NCBI GenBank assembly: GCA_963818475.1
Contig: CAWFSF010000006.1
Coordinates: forward strand, 1,632,001-1,696,000
DNA from: Nitrospirota bacterium
GTDB taxonomy: Bacteria; Nitrospirota; UBA9217
Direction of reading: 5' to 3'
Length of the DNA stretch: 64,000 bases
Under the pieces are notes generated by a model, which was given only the letters and a program-made list of their open reading frames with translations, made no database searches and had not been told where the DNA came from. Shown piece by piece: positions 1-10,902 of this stretch. Each line of letters begins with the position of its first letter. The first letter of the stretch is position 1. The position numbers were made by a program, and so were the translations under genes.

Positions 1-3000
1 TATTTTGTCCGTGACAAGAGCAACGCTGATGCTTGCGTCGAGGCTTCCGCTGTATGCCACGGTTTTCGTTATCGTCTGGTTTAAATCGCCGGTGCAGGTC
101 GCGGTGTACGTCATAGCGCTGGTTATCTGCTGCGAGTACTGGAACAGCTTTGTTTCTCCGGGAAGCACGATGATTTGCTCTGATGTATCAATATTCGCGC
201 TCCGCACTCCGCATTCCGCGCTCGCTTCTGTTTTGCCGGTGTTCGTAAGCGTCAGGGTCACGGTAAACGGATCGTTCCCGGCCGTATCAGGCGCGGTGAG
301 AGTTGCCGTCACGGACGGTGAGCCAACCTCGTACTGGTCTACTATTTCGGCAAGATTCGATCCGGTCTGCGTTACCGTTCCTGCAAGCGAATAGACTCCG
401 ACAGGTCCCGCAGTGGTTGTCGTGGTAAACAGATAGCTTTCGTTGGCCGGCACATCGACAAGTGCCGTATAAAGAACTTGATTGCCGGCCGTAAGCTGAA
501 TACCGAGCGCCGATGCTGTGATAGATGCCAGGTTTCTCACTTCCCCGGTGATCGTCACCGTCTCGCCGGGTTTGTAAATCTTTTTGTCCGTGCTGAAGGA
601 GAGTATGGTATTCCCCTGGATGACATAGAAGGGATATTCCGAGGTCGCGATGGTCTGCCCGGTGCTGGAGGTCAGCGTGCCCTGCAGGTAGAGCTTGCCG
701 GGAACATCGAGCGTGCCGATCGAATTTGTAAGATTAGAAACCATGCCCTGCGCCAGATGTATCGGCGCGTCGGTCTGCCAGAGGACGTCTCCCGCGTAAT
801 AACCATAGGTAACTTTAATATCGTTAAGAAGAGGAGTAGTTATCGTGTCTGTTGTCGCCAAAGCAGCTTCAACCTCGATCCAACGGCCATTCGGACTGGT
901 TATAGCCGATCCACTGGCTGTGATATAGTCGCTCCACGTTGCGATGGACAATCCAGCGTCGGTGTCAGAACTGCGGGTGCGAAGCTTTATTGATGTGCCG
1001 AGCGGAGTAGTCGTATTGAAGGTTATATTTTCCCAATGAGACTGTTGGCCGCCGTCATATTTAGCGCGCCACGTACCGGATGAAGCATATTTTGTGTTGC
1101 GCGCAGTGAAGTTATCAAAACCTGCGCTTGCGTTTCCATTACTCCCCATCCACACCTTCATAAGAGGTCGCACCGGTTCCGCTGTAAAATTCGCTACGTT
1201 TCCAAGCATGACCCAATTTGTTCCATCATGGTAATACGTGCTAAGCTGGCTGCCTGTTCTGGCAATGCGCAGTTTTCCCGAAGTGTTAGAAGTGGGGACT
1301 TCATCCGTGTTTGCCATCACATCATTGACCTTGATACCTCGCAGATAAAATTCGCCGCTGCTGTTATGCATCCGTTTGATCATCGCAAAATTACCCGAGA
1401 ATTGACCCGCGTCCGCGACAATAGCCAATTCCGGTCCTGTATCTCCAGTGGCATTGGTGCTGAACTCGCTCCAATCAACCTGGATGTCAAAATCGTTCAA
1501 TAAGTAAGACCAGTTCTTTGTTTCTACGTTCTCGCCGTATAAACCGTTATTCACCTTGATATACAGCTTGCCGTTTTGGGTGACAAATGACCCCGAGTTA
1601 TTCCCCCACAGATCGAGCTTTTCCCATCGATCCATATTCAATACTCCGGGATCGTAATTGTCATTAGCCGGCAGCAGCCGCACGGAATCAACCGTCTCGT
1701 TCTTGGTTACAATCCTGCCGGAGTTGATCTTAAAATTATCAAATTTGGCGTTTGCCGAATATCCCTGCCCTCGCCATATCCATAATTGAACGGAGGGTTT
1801 GTCCGCAAACTGTGAATACGTCCTGCTTAACATTTGAGTCCAGCCGGAACCATTCCAGTAGTAAGTCGCAATATTGCTGCCCATTCTCGTAATCCTCAAG
1901 CGGCCGGAGGAAACATAGCTTCCCGCGCCCGCCGAAGCGACCCTGCTTCCGTTTATGTTAATACCGCTTGAATAGCCGCCCGATGACATATTTTTCACAA
2001 AGACCCAGTAAGTACTCGCATATAAAGCGAATTCAGGGCCCTCGTCCAGGGCACTGTTATTCGAATCAAAATCAACCTGAATATCGAAATCACCGTCAAG
2101 CTGCCATAAACTTTTCGCACCGGATGCAGTCGTAGCATCATTTATGTACAGTTTGCCCGACTGAATACTGACATTGCCCCACGAGGACCATTTATTGCTA
2201 TCAAGAGAAGTTTTGTCGAAATCATCATTCGGTATCAGCCAGTCATTCATGCCATATGTGTCTACACCGTTTCTAACCCCCTCTTGAAAATCGTTTTGAC
2301 TCGCCCAGGTCTTCGACTTCTGGCTGTCCCCTGCCGCAGTGACCTGTAAATGCAGGTTTCCATTCTGGAGCGCGGTGCCGGTGTTGGTGATCGCACCGTA
2401 GCTCGTGATATTTTCGGTCGTGAGATAGCTCGGCTTATCGGTCTGGGCTGACAGGCCGGCCTTGATGCCGGCAATCGTGAGGGGCATGCTCACAATTTCG
2501 GTCTTTCCGGTCGATTCATCTTTGTAATTCGCGATGATGCTGTAACTGCCGTCCACCGCGCCGATAGGAATGGCGAGGGATGGTGTAGCGGTCGATCCGG
2601 CCGGTACAATTTGGCTATTGCTTCCCGAGGAAATTAATGCGGCCTTTGAATCGAAGAGATCCAGCGTATACTGAACGGTAGTATCAACTCCCCCGGTGTT
2701 CGAAATAACGGGGCTGATGCTTCCGCCCGCAGTATATGCCGTTTGGTCGAGCGACAGAGACAAAGCGGATTCCGGTATTGTGAACTGCGCACTCTGGACG
2801 GTAGTCGATCCCGACGGCAGGGTGAGCGTTATGGTTGCCGTATGCTGCCCGGCAGTCATAGTATCAGGGATTGCAAAGGAAACCGGTATCTGAACACTTC
2901 CGGCACCCTCGCCCCCTGCGGGAGAGGGGGGAAGCGTTATTGTTTTCGTAAAACCCGCATCCGGGACAGCAAGCGTGATCGTCATGCCCTCCTGGCTGAA

Positions 3001-5133
3001 ATTTCCCGTATTGCTCAGGCTGGTCACGAGATTCGCCGTTTCCCTGATCTTGTACGATGCCTTGTCGAACATCATGGTAGCGTTCACCGTGTTCGGCAGC
3101 TGGATCGTCATCGCCTGCCCGTCCATCGTTTCATCGCTCTGCGTATATGTGAGCGTGTATGCGCCGAACTTAATCGCAGGTAGCGATGGGTCATAAGCAA
3201 GAGTTTTGGTCTCACTTGTTCCCAAACTAAACGACTGCGTCGCGCTGGATATCACCTGGCCGTCGGGGTCCGTGAGGATCACGTTGAGCGCACCGGAGGA
3301 TACGGCGTATGTGCCAGTGTTCGCAAGGTTGAAGGAGACAGTGTTTGCGCCGGTGATGAATGCGGCGGGCAATACGGGGGTCACTGATATCTGGCTCGTG
3401 AATATGCCGAAGTTGGTCGATACATCCCCTAGTTTCGCCGCGTTTGCGTCATAGACCTCCGCCAGGACCGTGTAGAAACCGCGCTGGGGATTTGCGGGCA
3501 GCGCAAAGTTGAGGCTCTGGACAGTCGGGCTTTTTGCGATCAGGCTCAGGTCCAGGCTCGTGTCGAATACGCTCGCGCCGGAGGGATCGCTTACCCGCAC
3601 TTTCAACGTGACCGGATATCCGATCGAGCGATTGTTCCGGATGGTGATGGAAACGCCGGCGGTGTCGCCTTTTCTGTAGATCGCCTTGTCGGTCTGGGCA
3701 AAGACATTCACGAACGCGGGAGGGGTCTTGGACATCATGGGGTTGTAGATCAGGACCCCTCCGGCTGCCAGATCGCCGGTGATGGGCACGTTCCAGTATA
3801 CGTCCCCAGTGGGTCCAGCGGGGGTCCCGACGGTGATGGTTCCGGGATTGACGCCCGTGATCTTGTACGAGCCGTCAGCAGCGGAAATCGCCTGAAGGGT
3901 GTAGATACCCGAAGTCGCCTGTACGGTTACGCCCGCGAAGGGGATATTATTATCAGCATTCCAAACAATGCCCATGACAGTGCCGGATATGGGATTGACG
4001 GACATGCCGACCTTGCCGAGGTTGATGAAGGTGCCTGCGCTGATGGATGCGGTGACGGTGAGCGGCGAATATCCGGCCAAGGAAAGGGTTATCTGCCGGC
4101 TGCCGACCGGGATGCCGGAGAGCGCGAACATGCCGCTTGCGTTCGATGTGGCGGTGTATGATGGATCACCGGTGAGCTGAATGCTGACGCCTGATAGTAG
4201 CGTATTAGTCGTTGCATCTACGATTGTGCCCATAACCGAGCCGGTTGTTGCTGCGGGCGGCGGCGAGGCGGGTATGTGCTCGGAGAGATAGAGCGCCTTG
4301 AGCGCAAGGGCAGTGCTGTAAGGATCGTCGTTCCAGGAACCATTGGATGATTGCGTGGTTGTGAGGTAGTTCAGGGCATTGCCGAGGATCGTCGCGTCGG
4401 TTGATATGCCGACTAATGCGGAATACGCGAGAGATGTTTCATACACAGTGGACGAAGGGTATCCGAACCCACCGTCCGTGTTCTGATGGCTGGAGAGATA
4501 TGCTGTGGCTTTGGTGATGGCTGTGGCAAGGGTCGTGGTCTGGGGAAATTGCTGGAGCGTGGCGGAGACGATGGCGGTCATGTAGACGCTGCTGGAATTA
4601 TCCTTAAAGAAACCCCATCCGCCGTCTGTATTTTGACTATTCGTGAGATAGGCGAGTGCGGTGTTGCTTACTGAGAGGTCGGGGTAGTTCGCGGCCTTGA
4701 GGGCGTGGAGGGCGAGGGCGGTGTCGAGATTATCGCCGAGGTAAGAGTTCTCCCCACCCCATCCGCCGTTAGAATTGCGATACAGGAGCAGAACTTCCAA
4801 TTCGCTTGATATCTCCAGCCCTGCCCGCTTGAGTGCAATGATGCGACGGGAGAGGTAATCCGTCGGGGAAACCATCTGTCCGGTCATCCACTGAAAAGCG
4901 GTCGTATACGCAGGGCTTGACGGTTCGATGGCATAGACCGCGTCGAGTGACGCTGCCGTGGAGTAATATTCCGTGTTATCAACTTCCAACCAGTTACCCG
5001 AGGATGTCTGGGCCGATGTGAGCCAGGAAATGCCACTAGTAATTTGCGGCGCCCCCGCAATGGAAAGAGAGGCAGAGAATAATATTAAAAATGAGGCGAC
5101 GCAAAGACCGAAGCAAGGTGACCTTCTCAACAT
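1..5133 (-). CDS. Giant secreted/surface protein (>1711 aa, runs off the window): prenyltransferase/squalene-cyclase-like repeat domain, carboxypeptidase-regulatory-like domains, MG2/Ig-like repeats and two concanavalin-like domains
   Basis: Manual translation from ATG 5133 (RBS GGAGG): MLRRSPCFGLCVASFLILFSASLSIA signal peptide, then QW-type repeats (QTSSGNW, RNSNGGWG, QNTDGGWG, QNTDGGFG, QSSNGSW). The frame was checked open at 2900, 2230, 200 and 1. It is probably absent from the ORF track because no stop lies inside the window. Confidence 0.85.
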   Translation of the reverse strand, partial: MLRRSPCFGLCVASFLILFSASLSIAGAPQITSGISWLTSAQTSSGNWLEVDNTEYYSTAASLDAVYAIEPSSPAYTTAFQWMTGQMVSPTDYLSRRIIALKRAGLEISSELEVLLLYRNSNGGWGGENSYLGDNLDTALALHALKAANYPDLSVSNTALAYLTNSQNTDGGWGFFKDNSSSVYMTAIVSATLQQFPQTTTLATAITKATAYLSSHQNTDGGFGYPSSTVYETSLAYSALVGISTDATILGNALNYLTTTQSSNGSWNDDPYSTALALKALYLSEHIPASPPPAATTGSVMGTIVDATTNTLLSGVSIQLTGDPSYTATSNASGMFALSGIPVGSRQITLSLAGYSPLTVTASISAGTFINLGKVGMSVNPISGTVMGIVWNADNNIPFAGVTVQATSGIYTLQAISAADGSYKITGVNPGTITVGTPAGPTGDVYWNVPITGDLAAGGVLIYNPMMSKTPPAFVNVFAQTDKAIYRKGDTAGVSITIRNNRSIGYPVTLKVRVSDPSGASVFDTSLDLSLIAKSPTVQSLNFALPANPQRGFYTVLAEVYDANAAKLGDVSTNFGIFTSQISVTPVLPAAFITGANTVSFNLANTGTYAVSSGALNVILTDPDGQVISSATQSFSLGTSETKTLAYDPSLPAIKFGAYTLTYTQSDETMDGQAMTIQLPNTVNATMMFDKASYKIRETANLVTSLSNTGNFSQEGMTITLAVPDAGFTKTITLPPSPAGGEGAGSVQIPVSFAIPDTMTAGQHTATITLTLPSGSTTVQSAQFTIPESALSLSLDQTAYTAGGSISPVISNTGGVDTTVQYTLDLFDSKAALISSGSNSQIVPAGSTATPSLAIPIGAVDGSYSIIANYKDESTGKTEIVSMPLTIAGIKAGLSAQTDKPSYLTTENITSYGAITNTGTALQNGNLHLQVTAAGDSQKSKTWASQNDFQEGVRNGVDTYGMNDWLIPNDDFDKTSLDSNKWSSWGNVSIQSGKLYINDATTASGAKSLWQLDGDFDIQVDFDSNNSALDEGPEFALYASTYWVFVKNMSSGGYSSGININGSRVASAGAGSYVSSGRLRITRMGSNIATYYWNGSGWTQMLSRTYSQFADKPSVQLWIWRGQGYSANAKFDNFKINSGRIVTKNETVDSVRLLPANDNYDPGVLNMDRWEKLDLWGNNSGSFVTQNGKLYIKVNNGLYGENVETKNWSYLLNDFDIQVDWSEFSTNATGDTGPELAIVADAGQFSGNFAMIKRMHNSSGEFYLRGIKVNDVMANTDEVPTSNTSGKLRIARTGSQLSTYYHDGTNWVMLGNVANFTAEPVRPLMKVWMGSNGNASAGFDNFTARNTKYASSGTWRAKYDGGQQSHWENITFNTTTPLGTSIKLRTRSSDTDAGLSIATWSDYITASGSAITSPNGRWIEVEAALATTDTITTPLLNDIKVTYGYYAGDVLWQTDAPIHLAQGMVSNLTNSIGTLDVPGKLYLQGTLTSSTGQTIATSEYPFYVIQGNTILSFSTDKKIYKPGETVTITGEVRNLASITASALGIQLTAGNQVLYTALVDVPANESYLFTTTTTAGPVGVYSLAGTVTQTGSNLAEIVDQYEVGSPSVTATLTAPDTAGNDPFTVTLTLTNTGKTEASAECGVRSANIDTSEQIIVLPGETKLFQYSQQITSAMTYTATCTGDLNQTITKTVAYSGSLDASISVALVTDKI

Positions 5134-5309
5134 GTTTCCTCCTAACAACACTTAGCTTATGATGGAGAATAAATAAAACATTTATATTGTCACGATCCTT
5201 GCTGATCATAAATTCAAGGTCTGAAAACCATTTCAGCAATACAACGCCTGCATCAAAGTCCTCTTTGAATGCAATTCTATTGATAGCAGCAATTTTATTT
5301 CTATCAATA

Positions 5310-6389
5310 TTACTTGCGATCTAAAGCAGCTTTTAATTCTTTTTCATATTCCAGGATTACAGTAACATTGTCTTTTTCTATTTTATTTAAACCTGATTCT
5401 TTAAAGTCAGGCCTCGGCTTGTACCAATCGTATTTTCTAAAATATTTATCAAGCGCTGGATCTTTGAAGATCATTCCATGATAGGCATAAATCGTATTTC
5501 TTAATATCTTTAGCTGCCAAGAAGAGAGAAGTTCCAATTGTGAACGTTCAACAATCTTTTCGGAGTATGCTGGTCCATCCCAAGCCTCCCAATTCGACGT
5601 TACTAAGAATTTGAGGTTTTCATTTTCTTTTGGTTCAATATCTTTAAGAGTATATTCATATTCGTACTCGCCCAGACGCCTAAACTCGAATTTTCTGATA
5701 TTCTGTTCATTTCCGTTCTCGGTAAAGGCAACATCGAGCAGCGTAACCCTAGGAGATGCCTTTACAATAAATCGTGCTTTCCCGATCGTCCCTTTCCAGC
5801 TTTTTCCAGTGCCATACAAATATTCACCTTTATCTTCATGGCGACCACCATATGGTCCCGTGAATTTAACGCGTGTTAATGTTTTTGCATTCCCCTTGAA
5901 TGTAACGTTTTTTACGAGCCAGTGTGTTTCCTCGAGCGGTCCAGATAAGTCTCCTTTTCTTATTTGCGCCATCTGTGCTGAATCTACTTTTTTACGACTA
6001 ATCGTCATCTCACCAGGCATTTCCTTAACATCAACTTTATCGCCGTCAACCCATGTTTCAAAGCTATTAAAATTTATGACACCTCTGAAACCAGGCATAT
6101 AGCCGTAACCACTTTTCGGAAAACCTACTTGAGCGTTCATAGTTTTTCCATAATTAAAAAACTCAAAAGTAGCATCAACAGTATAGGTCTTCTTATGGAG
6201 CTCAATTCTGACAGCCTCAGACTCCATTCTTATAGGCGTTGAATCTCCATCGTACAATTTCAATCCACCACCATATACTTTCAGTAAAGCATCATCGCAT
6301 AAAGCAGGTGATGAAAGCAGTACTATGAGACACATTAAAATTATCCATTGGAATTGACGCAAACATCTAAATAATATATTTGACTGCAT
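5310..6389 (-). CDS. Secreted DUF4424-like protein with C-terminal YARHG-like domain (candidate immunity protein)
   Basis: Signal peptide; C-terminal LRNTIYAYHGMIFKDPALDKYFRKYDWYKP matches the YARHG pattern; markedly AT-rich. Confidence 0.75.
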   Translation of the reverse strand: MQSNILFRCLRQFQWIILMCLIVLLSSPALCDDALLKVYGGGLKLYDGDSTPIRMESEAVRIELHKKTYTVDATFEFFNYGKTMNAQVGFPKSGYGYMPGFRGVINFNSFETWVDGDKVDVKEMPGEMTISRKKVDSAQMAQIRKGDLSGPLEETHWLVKNVTFKGNAKTLTRVKFTGPYGGRHEDKGEYLYGTGKSWKGTIGKARFIVKASPRVTLLDVAFTENGNEQNIRKFEFRRLGEYEYEYTLKDIEPKENENLKFLVTSNWEAWDGPAYSEKIVERSQLELLSSWQLKILRNTIYAYHGMIFKDPALDKYFRKYDWYKPRPDFKESGLNKIEKDNVTVILEYEKELKAALDRK

Positions 6390-6467
6390 AAACCCTCCAA
6401 ATTGCTATTGCCTATTCAGGCCAATCTGACAAAAAAACAGTTTACCACATGTAGACAATATTGCACG

Positions 6468-9400
6468 TTAGTCTTGTATTTCAACTGCATCAGGTACGGG
6501 CCTTCCGATATCGGCCGTAATCCCGCCGGCGCCTGTAAAAGCAGGATGATTCGTATAAGTAATCACAACCTTCTTAAGGCTATCCCCGTTTTTGAAATGT
6601 GAGCTAGTTGCGTGGATAACCGTGTCATCTACAACAATTTCACCTGTATACAGCTTCCCGTAATATATTCCTGTATGTCCATAATTATCACTCCAAAGGA
6701 TATCGCCATCTAATTTTTCATCGTACGGGTGGGTCATCTTTTTATTCAGCAGATACTGATGCTGCCCACTTGCGGTACGTCTTATTCCTCCGAACATTTG
6801 CGTACCATATACAGCAGTAAATACATAATGAACAAGACCGGAGCAATCAAATCCAGTATCTGGATCTGAACCTGCCCTAACATACGGGGTTTCCAATTGA
6901 GCCATTGCATACATAACAATCATTGTTCTACCAAAAATCGTTTTTAGCGCTGAACCGTCACCCCAGAAAAACTGAAAAGGGTCTCTCACAGTTCTAGTTG
7001 GTTGTCGCGTAGTATTTCCGCCTGCTGTACCACTACTGATCATATAACTAGCCGCTCCCGTCGATGGATCGAGAACTATATAACCGATGCCGTTCCAGCC
7101 TTCGTATTGCACGTACGTCTGTGAGACAATGACTTTTTTCTCAGCGTTGACAGCATTCCTGATAGCATCTGAGACTTCCGCAGAAACCTGTATTTGCGTT
7201 AATGTCGTGGATATATTACCGCTATCTATAGTATAAACCGGCACACCTTGCTGATTGGCCAATCTGAGCAACCTTGCTGCCGAAACGGACGGAATATCAT
7301 AAAAAGCTTGCAACACCCTGTCTTCCCATGCAGAGCTTCCGAGTCCTGAAACAATCATAAAATCTCTTGCGCGGTCTTGGCTACCGTCGTATGAAAAAGG
7401 CAAATATTCATTTTTGTCGACATCAATGCCAATTCCACCTTCCGAAATATTGTAAGGTACACCAAAGAGCGAATTCGTGACTGCATGGGAAGTAATCATT
7501 GCCTCAGAAATCCCTTTTACCACAATCATCTGAAAATTCTTAGCATAGAGTTCTTCTTCGAAATTGAGATGATGGAAATACGATATCCCGACGTTATAAA
7601 GCATCTGTCCTAGCAAGTCATCGAGATTAGAACTTCCGATGTTGTTTATAAGTGTCTCCATTTTATCGCCTGCCTGCGTAACAGGAACCTTCTGGGATAA
7701 AATGGCAATTGCCGAATAATCCCCTGTCGTCACTTTATTCGCAACAAATTCCGTTCCTAAATTGGGTATCGTGAAAGTCATATTGAATGTCTGTTCGTGG
7801 CCTAGACCAACCGGATTGCCCGTTGCTAACGTTACGCCATTAATCTTCAATACCACCGTGACATTCAATAAATATGGTGGAACGCTAAGAAGCGTACCAT
7901 ACTGATTTACGAGTAATTCATCTGCCTTTGTGGCGGGAACATATGAAAGAGTTATTCTCTTTCCAGACATCCTGGGATGTTGCCGCCGGGGAATTCGCAT
8001 CGATATAATCGATCAATCTTTTGCTATAATATTGATATGGGCTAATTGTATATGCGGGAAATACGGATTGTAATTCTGGTAGAAGCGTCAGAGACGAAGT
8101 GTCTGCTATGTAATCCTGAATATACTTCACTCCATTAATTTCCATTGCGGCATACAAATCCATGCCACGTTTATAGTCATATTGTTTATAGCTCGCATCA
8201 AGCGGTATCCAAGTATCACCTTGACGATGGACGGCACCACGGCTCGGGATATAGTCGATGAACGCGCTCACGTAAACATGTTCGAGCTGAACAGCCTTAT
8301 ATGTTCCGCCGGAAACAAGCATTTTAGCCGGAATGCCATTAGTGGCGAGAATCGTCCCGACCATCTTCGGATCGGTCACGCCGCCGACCCAGTTCATGGC
8401 TTGTTCGATCGGGATTTCGACTGTGGAATATTCGTAGTGGGAGTAGACACCGGACACGCGGAGCAGAGCAATGAGCAGTGATGCCGTGTCCATATCGTTG
8501 CATATCTTTGACTGGAGGCACTGGTCCGCGCCCTGGATGCTGCCGTAGGTGGGTGCATATTCGATATTATTGCGCACCCATTCGTAGATTTTGAGCGGTT
8601 TTCCACCCAGTTCCTGCGCCTTGGCGCGGATGGCGTCGGTAAATTGTACGTCTGGCGTTTCCGCTAAGTCTTCAGCGGAGGGTTGGACTGTCGCTTGCGC
8701 GAGGAGAAATTGTGATGAATCGGCGAAGGCTACCTGCGAAATTGCCCCCTCACCCCAGCCCTCTCCCACGCTGGGGAGAGGGAGGTTGTTCCCTGCGGTT
8801 CGAGGAAGCTGGAAGGGAGCGTCGCTGGCGATGTCGTTGTAAGCCAATACGATCGATTTTTGCCTGGTTCTTTCACGCAGACTGTAGTCTGCGGCTACAA
8901 TATTACGCAATCCAGCGGGTCTTCTTCCGCTGTGGAAAGTCTCTCTCGAATTCTTCTTTTTTGAGTCTCGGTTCGCGCATCTTCCCTGCAGTCCGCGCTC
9001 TGAAAGGGAGATTATTCGGGTCGAGCTTCTGGTGCCTTGATGGCGCTTTGACCTTTTCAAGATGCAGCCTTGCTGTTTCAATTTTGGCCTTGCGGTCTGA
9101 TCTTGGTCTTTGCCAGCTCGATACCGTCGAGGTTCGCCCTCAGCTCTTTCAGATTATTTTCATAGTGTTTTACGAATTTATAATGCCGGTCGAGGATCTC
9201 TTTCGGAAGCTTTGCGTCTTTAAGCTTCTTCTCCGTGGCGCTGAATTCTTTTTTGAACTCAACATCCGCAGAGTCGATCTCAGCCCTCTTCGTCTTGATA
9301 GATTCCCGTTCCTGCGTATCGTCTTCGCCTTTGTCTTCTTTATCCCTGGCCTTGTCAACATTCTCCCGGATCCCGTCGAGGGCTTTTTCAAACCGTTCCT

Positions 9401-9573
9401 CGGGCCGTCCTTGCCCCTTGCTATTTGCTACTTGATCCTGACCTGGTTCCCGACTTGCGCGCCTCCGGCTCTGCCGCATACGCAACCGCCTGCCATAACG
9501 GCAAAAAACTCCAGCAGAAAAAGAAAAGCGTAATGGCTGAGATGTTTCTTAAGACACGATGGAACGTCCGCAT
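6468..9573 (-). CDS. Secreted transglutaminase-fold protein with C-terminal NlpC/P60 domain (about 1030 aa, several frameshifts)
   Basis: ATG 9573 with GGAGG RBS and signal peptide MRTFHRVLRNISAITLFFFCWSFLPLWQAVAYA. Joins ORFs 9078-9485, 7918-9081 and 6468-8000. Transglutaminase-like IYEWVRNNI...DTASLLIALLR...HVYV...WIPLD; C-terminal GFDCSGLV...GHTGIY...VIHA. Confidence 0.8.
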
Positions 9574-9904
9574 GATTCCTCCACTGATAGGGTGCTGCAA
9601 AAATACGATAACGCTACTAAATACTAGAAAATGTGCATCAAGGTAGCATGGTCTTTGTTACTTGTCACCTGTCAGAAGTGACAGGTATGCAGATATCCTT
9701 CGGAGTACGCCCATTGAGTTGAAATTCCGAGGCGGACACGGCATATACCATCTTCAGATTACAATAGGTATATGCGTATCGCAGTGCAGCTGTTGTATCA
9801 TGGATTACCGTTGCGGTCAATACCCTGAAAATACCCTGAGCCGGGCTATGGAGGTGATAATAATTGCAGTTATAGATGAACTACGATGGGGAATTTACTT
9901 CAAT

Positions 9905-9942
9905 AAAAAAAGGCCCTCTCGGAAAACCGGAGGGCACTTGCT
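9905..9942 (-). terminator. Intrinsic terminator downstream of vapC
   Basis: Minus-strand GC hairpin GCCCTCCGG...GAGAGGGCC followed by a T run. Confidence 0.6.
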
Positions 9943-10054
9943 CTTGGGAACAGTCAAATGTATCTCATGGGGTCGTTCTATCCAAGGCGATTCTCCATGC
10001 TGCGCCGGAGGGGATTCCTATTGCTTCGGTCGGGGTAATGAGAATCGCCTCACA

Positions 10055-10453
10055 TTACCTTTGAAAAAGACTTAGAGGTGAATAACGCGCGATGGAAATA
10101 AAATGAGCGTCTAATGTGAAAACAGGCACTTTGTTCGCAATGGCGATTTCGCCGATCAACAAATCCACGGTTCCAACGGTAATCCCATGCTGAGAGAGAA
10201 CATAACCGAGCTCACCTGCCGCCTTAAAGTACTCATCCTTTACGGTTAAACACTCAATCGACGACAAAAGATCATCAAGAACCGCTGTCTCTTTCTTCGA
10301 TTTTGCACCTCGATACAACTCTGTGGCGATGATCCCCGTATAAACAGGAGCCCCTGTTCTGAGCAACTGTTTAACCGCCATTGACACGCTTGCATTGGCG
10401 TCCCTGAAAAAAGCGATCCAGACAGAAGTATCGACAAGTATTTTACCGCTCAT
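10055..10453 (-). CDS. vapC: PIN-domain toxin, VapC family
   Basis: MSGKILVDTSVWI...ELYRG...DLLI...TLDAHF carries the PIN acidic residues; overlaps the antitoxin stop. Confidence 0.9.
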   Translation of the reverse strand: MSGKILVDTSVWIAFFRDANASVSMAVKQLLRTGAPVYTGIIATELYRGAKSKKETAVLDDLLSSIECLTVKDEYFKAAGELGYVLSQHGITVGTVDLLIGEIAIANKVPVFTLDAHFISIARYSPLSLFQR

Positions 10454-10637
10454 GCCGTGACTTCTCCCAATCAGGAGAAAAATGTAGCTTTCCCTCCATA
10501 CTGATAATATCTTCGAGCTTTTTGCGGCGGATATAGTCCTCCAGAGCGGTAACAATAGCGGCGGTCTTTGTCTTACTCTTGGACAGCTTCATGGTCTTTT
10601 TAACCAGGTCATCAGGTATGTTAAGCGTCGTTTTCAT
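10443..10637 (-). CDS. vapB: VapB-family antitoxin
   Basis: MKTTLNIPDDLVKKTMKLSKSKTKTAAIVTALEDY, a ribbon-helix-helix-like small protein directly upstream of the PIN toxin. Confidence 0.85.
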   Translation of the reverse strand: MKTTLNIPDDLVKKTMKLSKSKTKTAAIVTALEDYIRRKKLEDIISMEGKLHFSPDWEKSRHER

Positions 10638-10667
10638 AGCACCTCCATTACGCATTTCAATACGGTC

Positions 10668-10696
10668 ACTTTACCAACAATTGTCCATACCGTCAA
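10668..10696 (-). promoter_or_regulatory. sigma70-type promoter for vapBC
   Basis: TTGACG-N17-TAAAGT on the minus strand. Confidence 0.5.
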
Positions 10697-10902
10697 TCAA
10701 TTTCATCCATATTTAATCTTTTACCTGCATGACTGTTCATAACTGCTTCGGTCAAGGATATCAGGGTTTTGGGCGGGGTTAATTTCAAGGTATGCCTTTT
10801 ACTACGGCTGGAGTAATGGGAATCGCCCCATTACTTCTGAACATCCGTAAAACGTATTTTTCTCAATGGACGAACTAAAAGTGGAAGTTTCACCTCAAAA
10901 TA

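Noticed and set aside
4300-5060. Squalene-hopene cyclase enzyme
   Set aside because: Only a single repeat toroid is present, in a secreted multidomain protein, with no DXDD motif seen.
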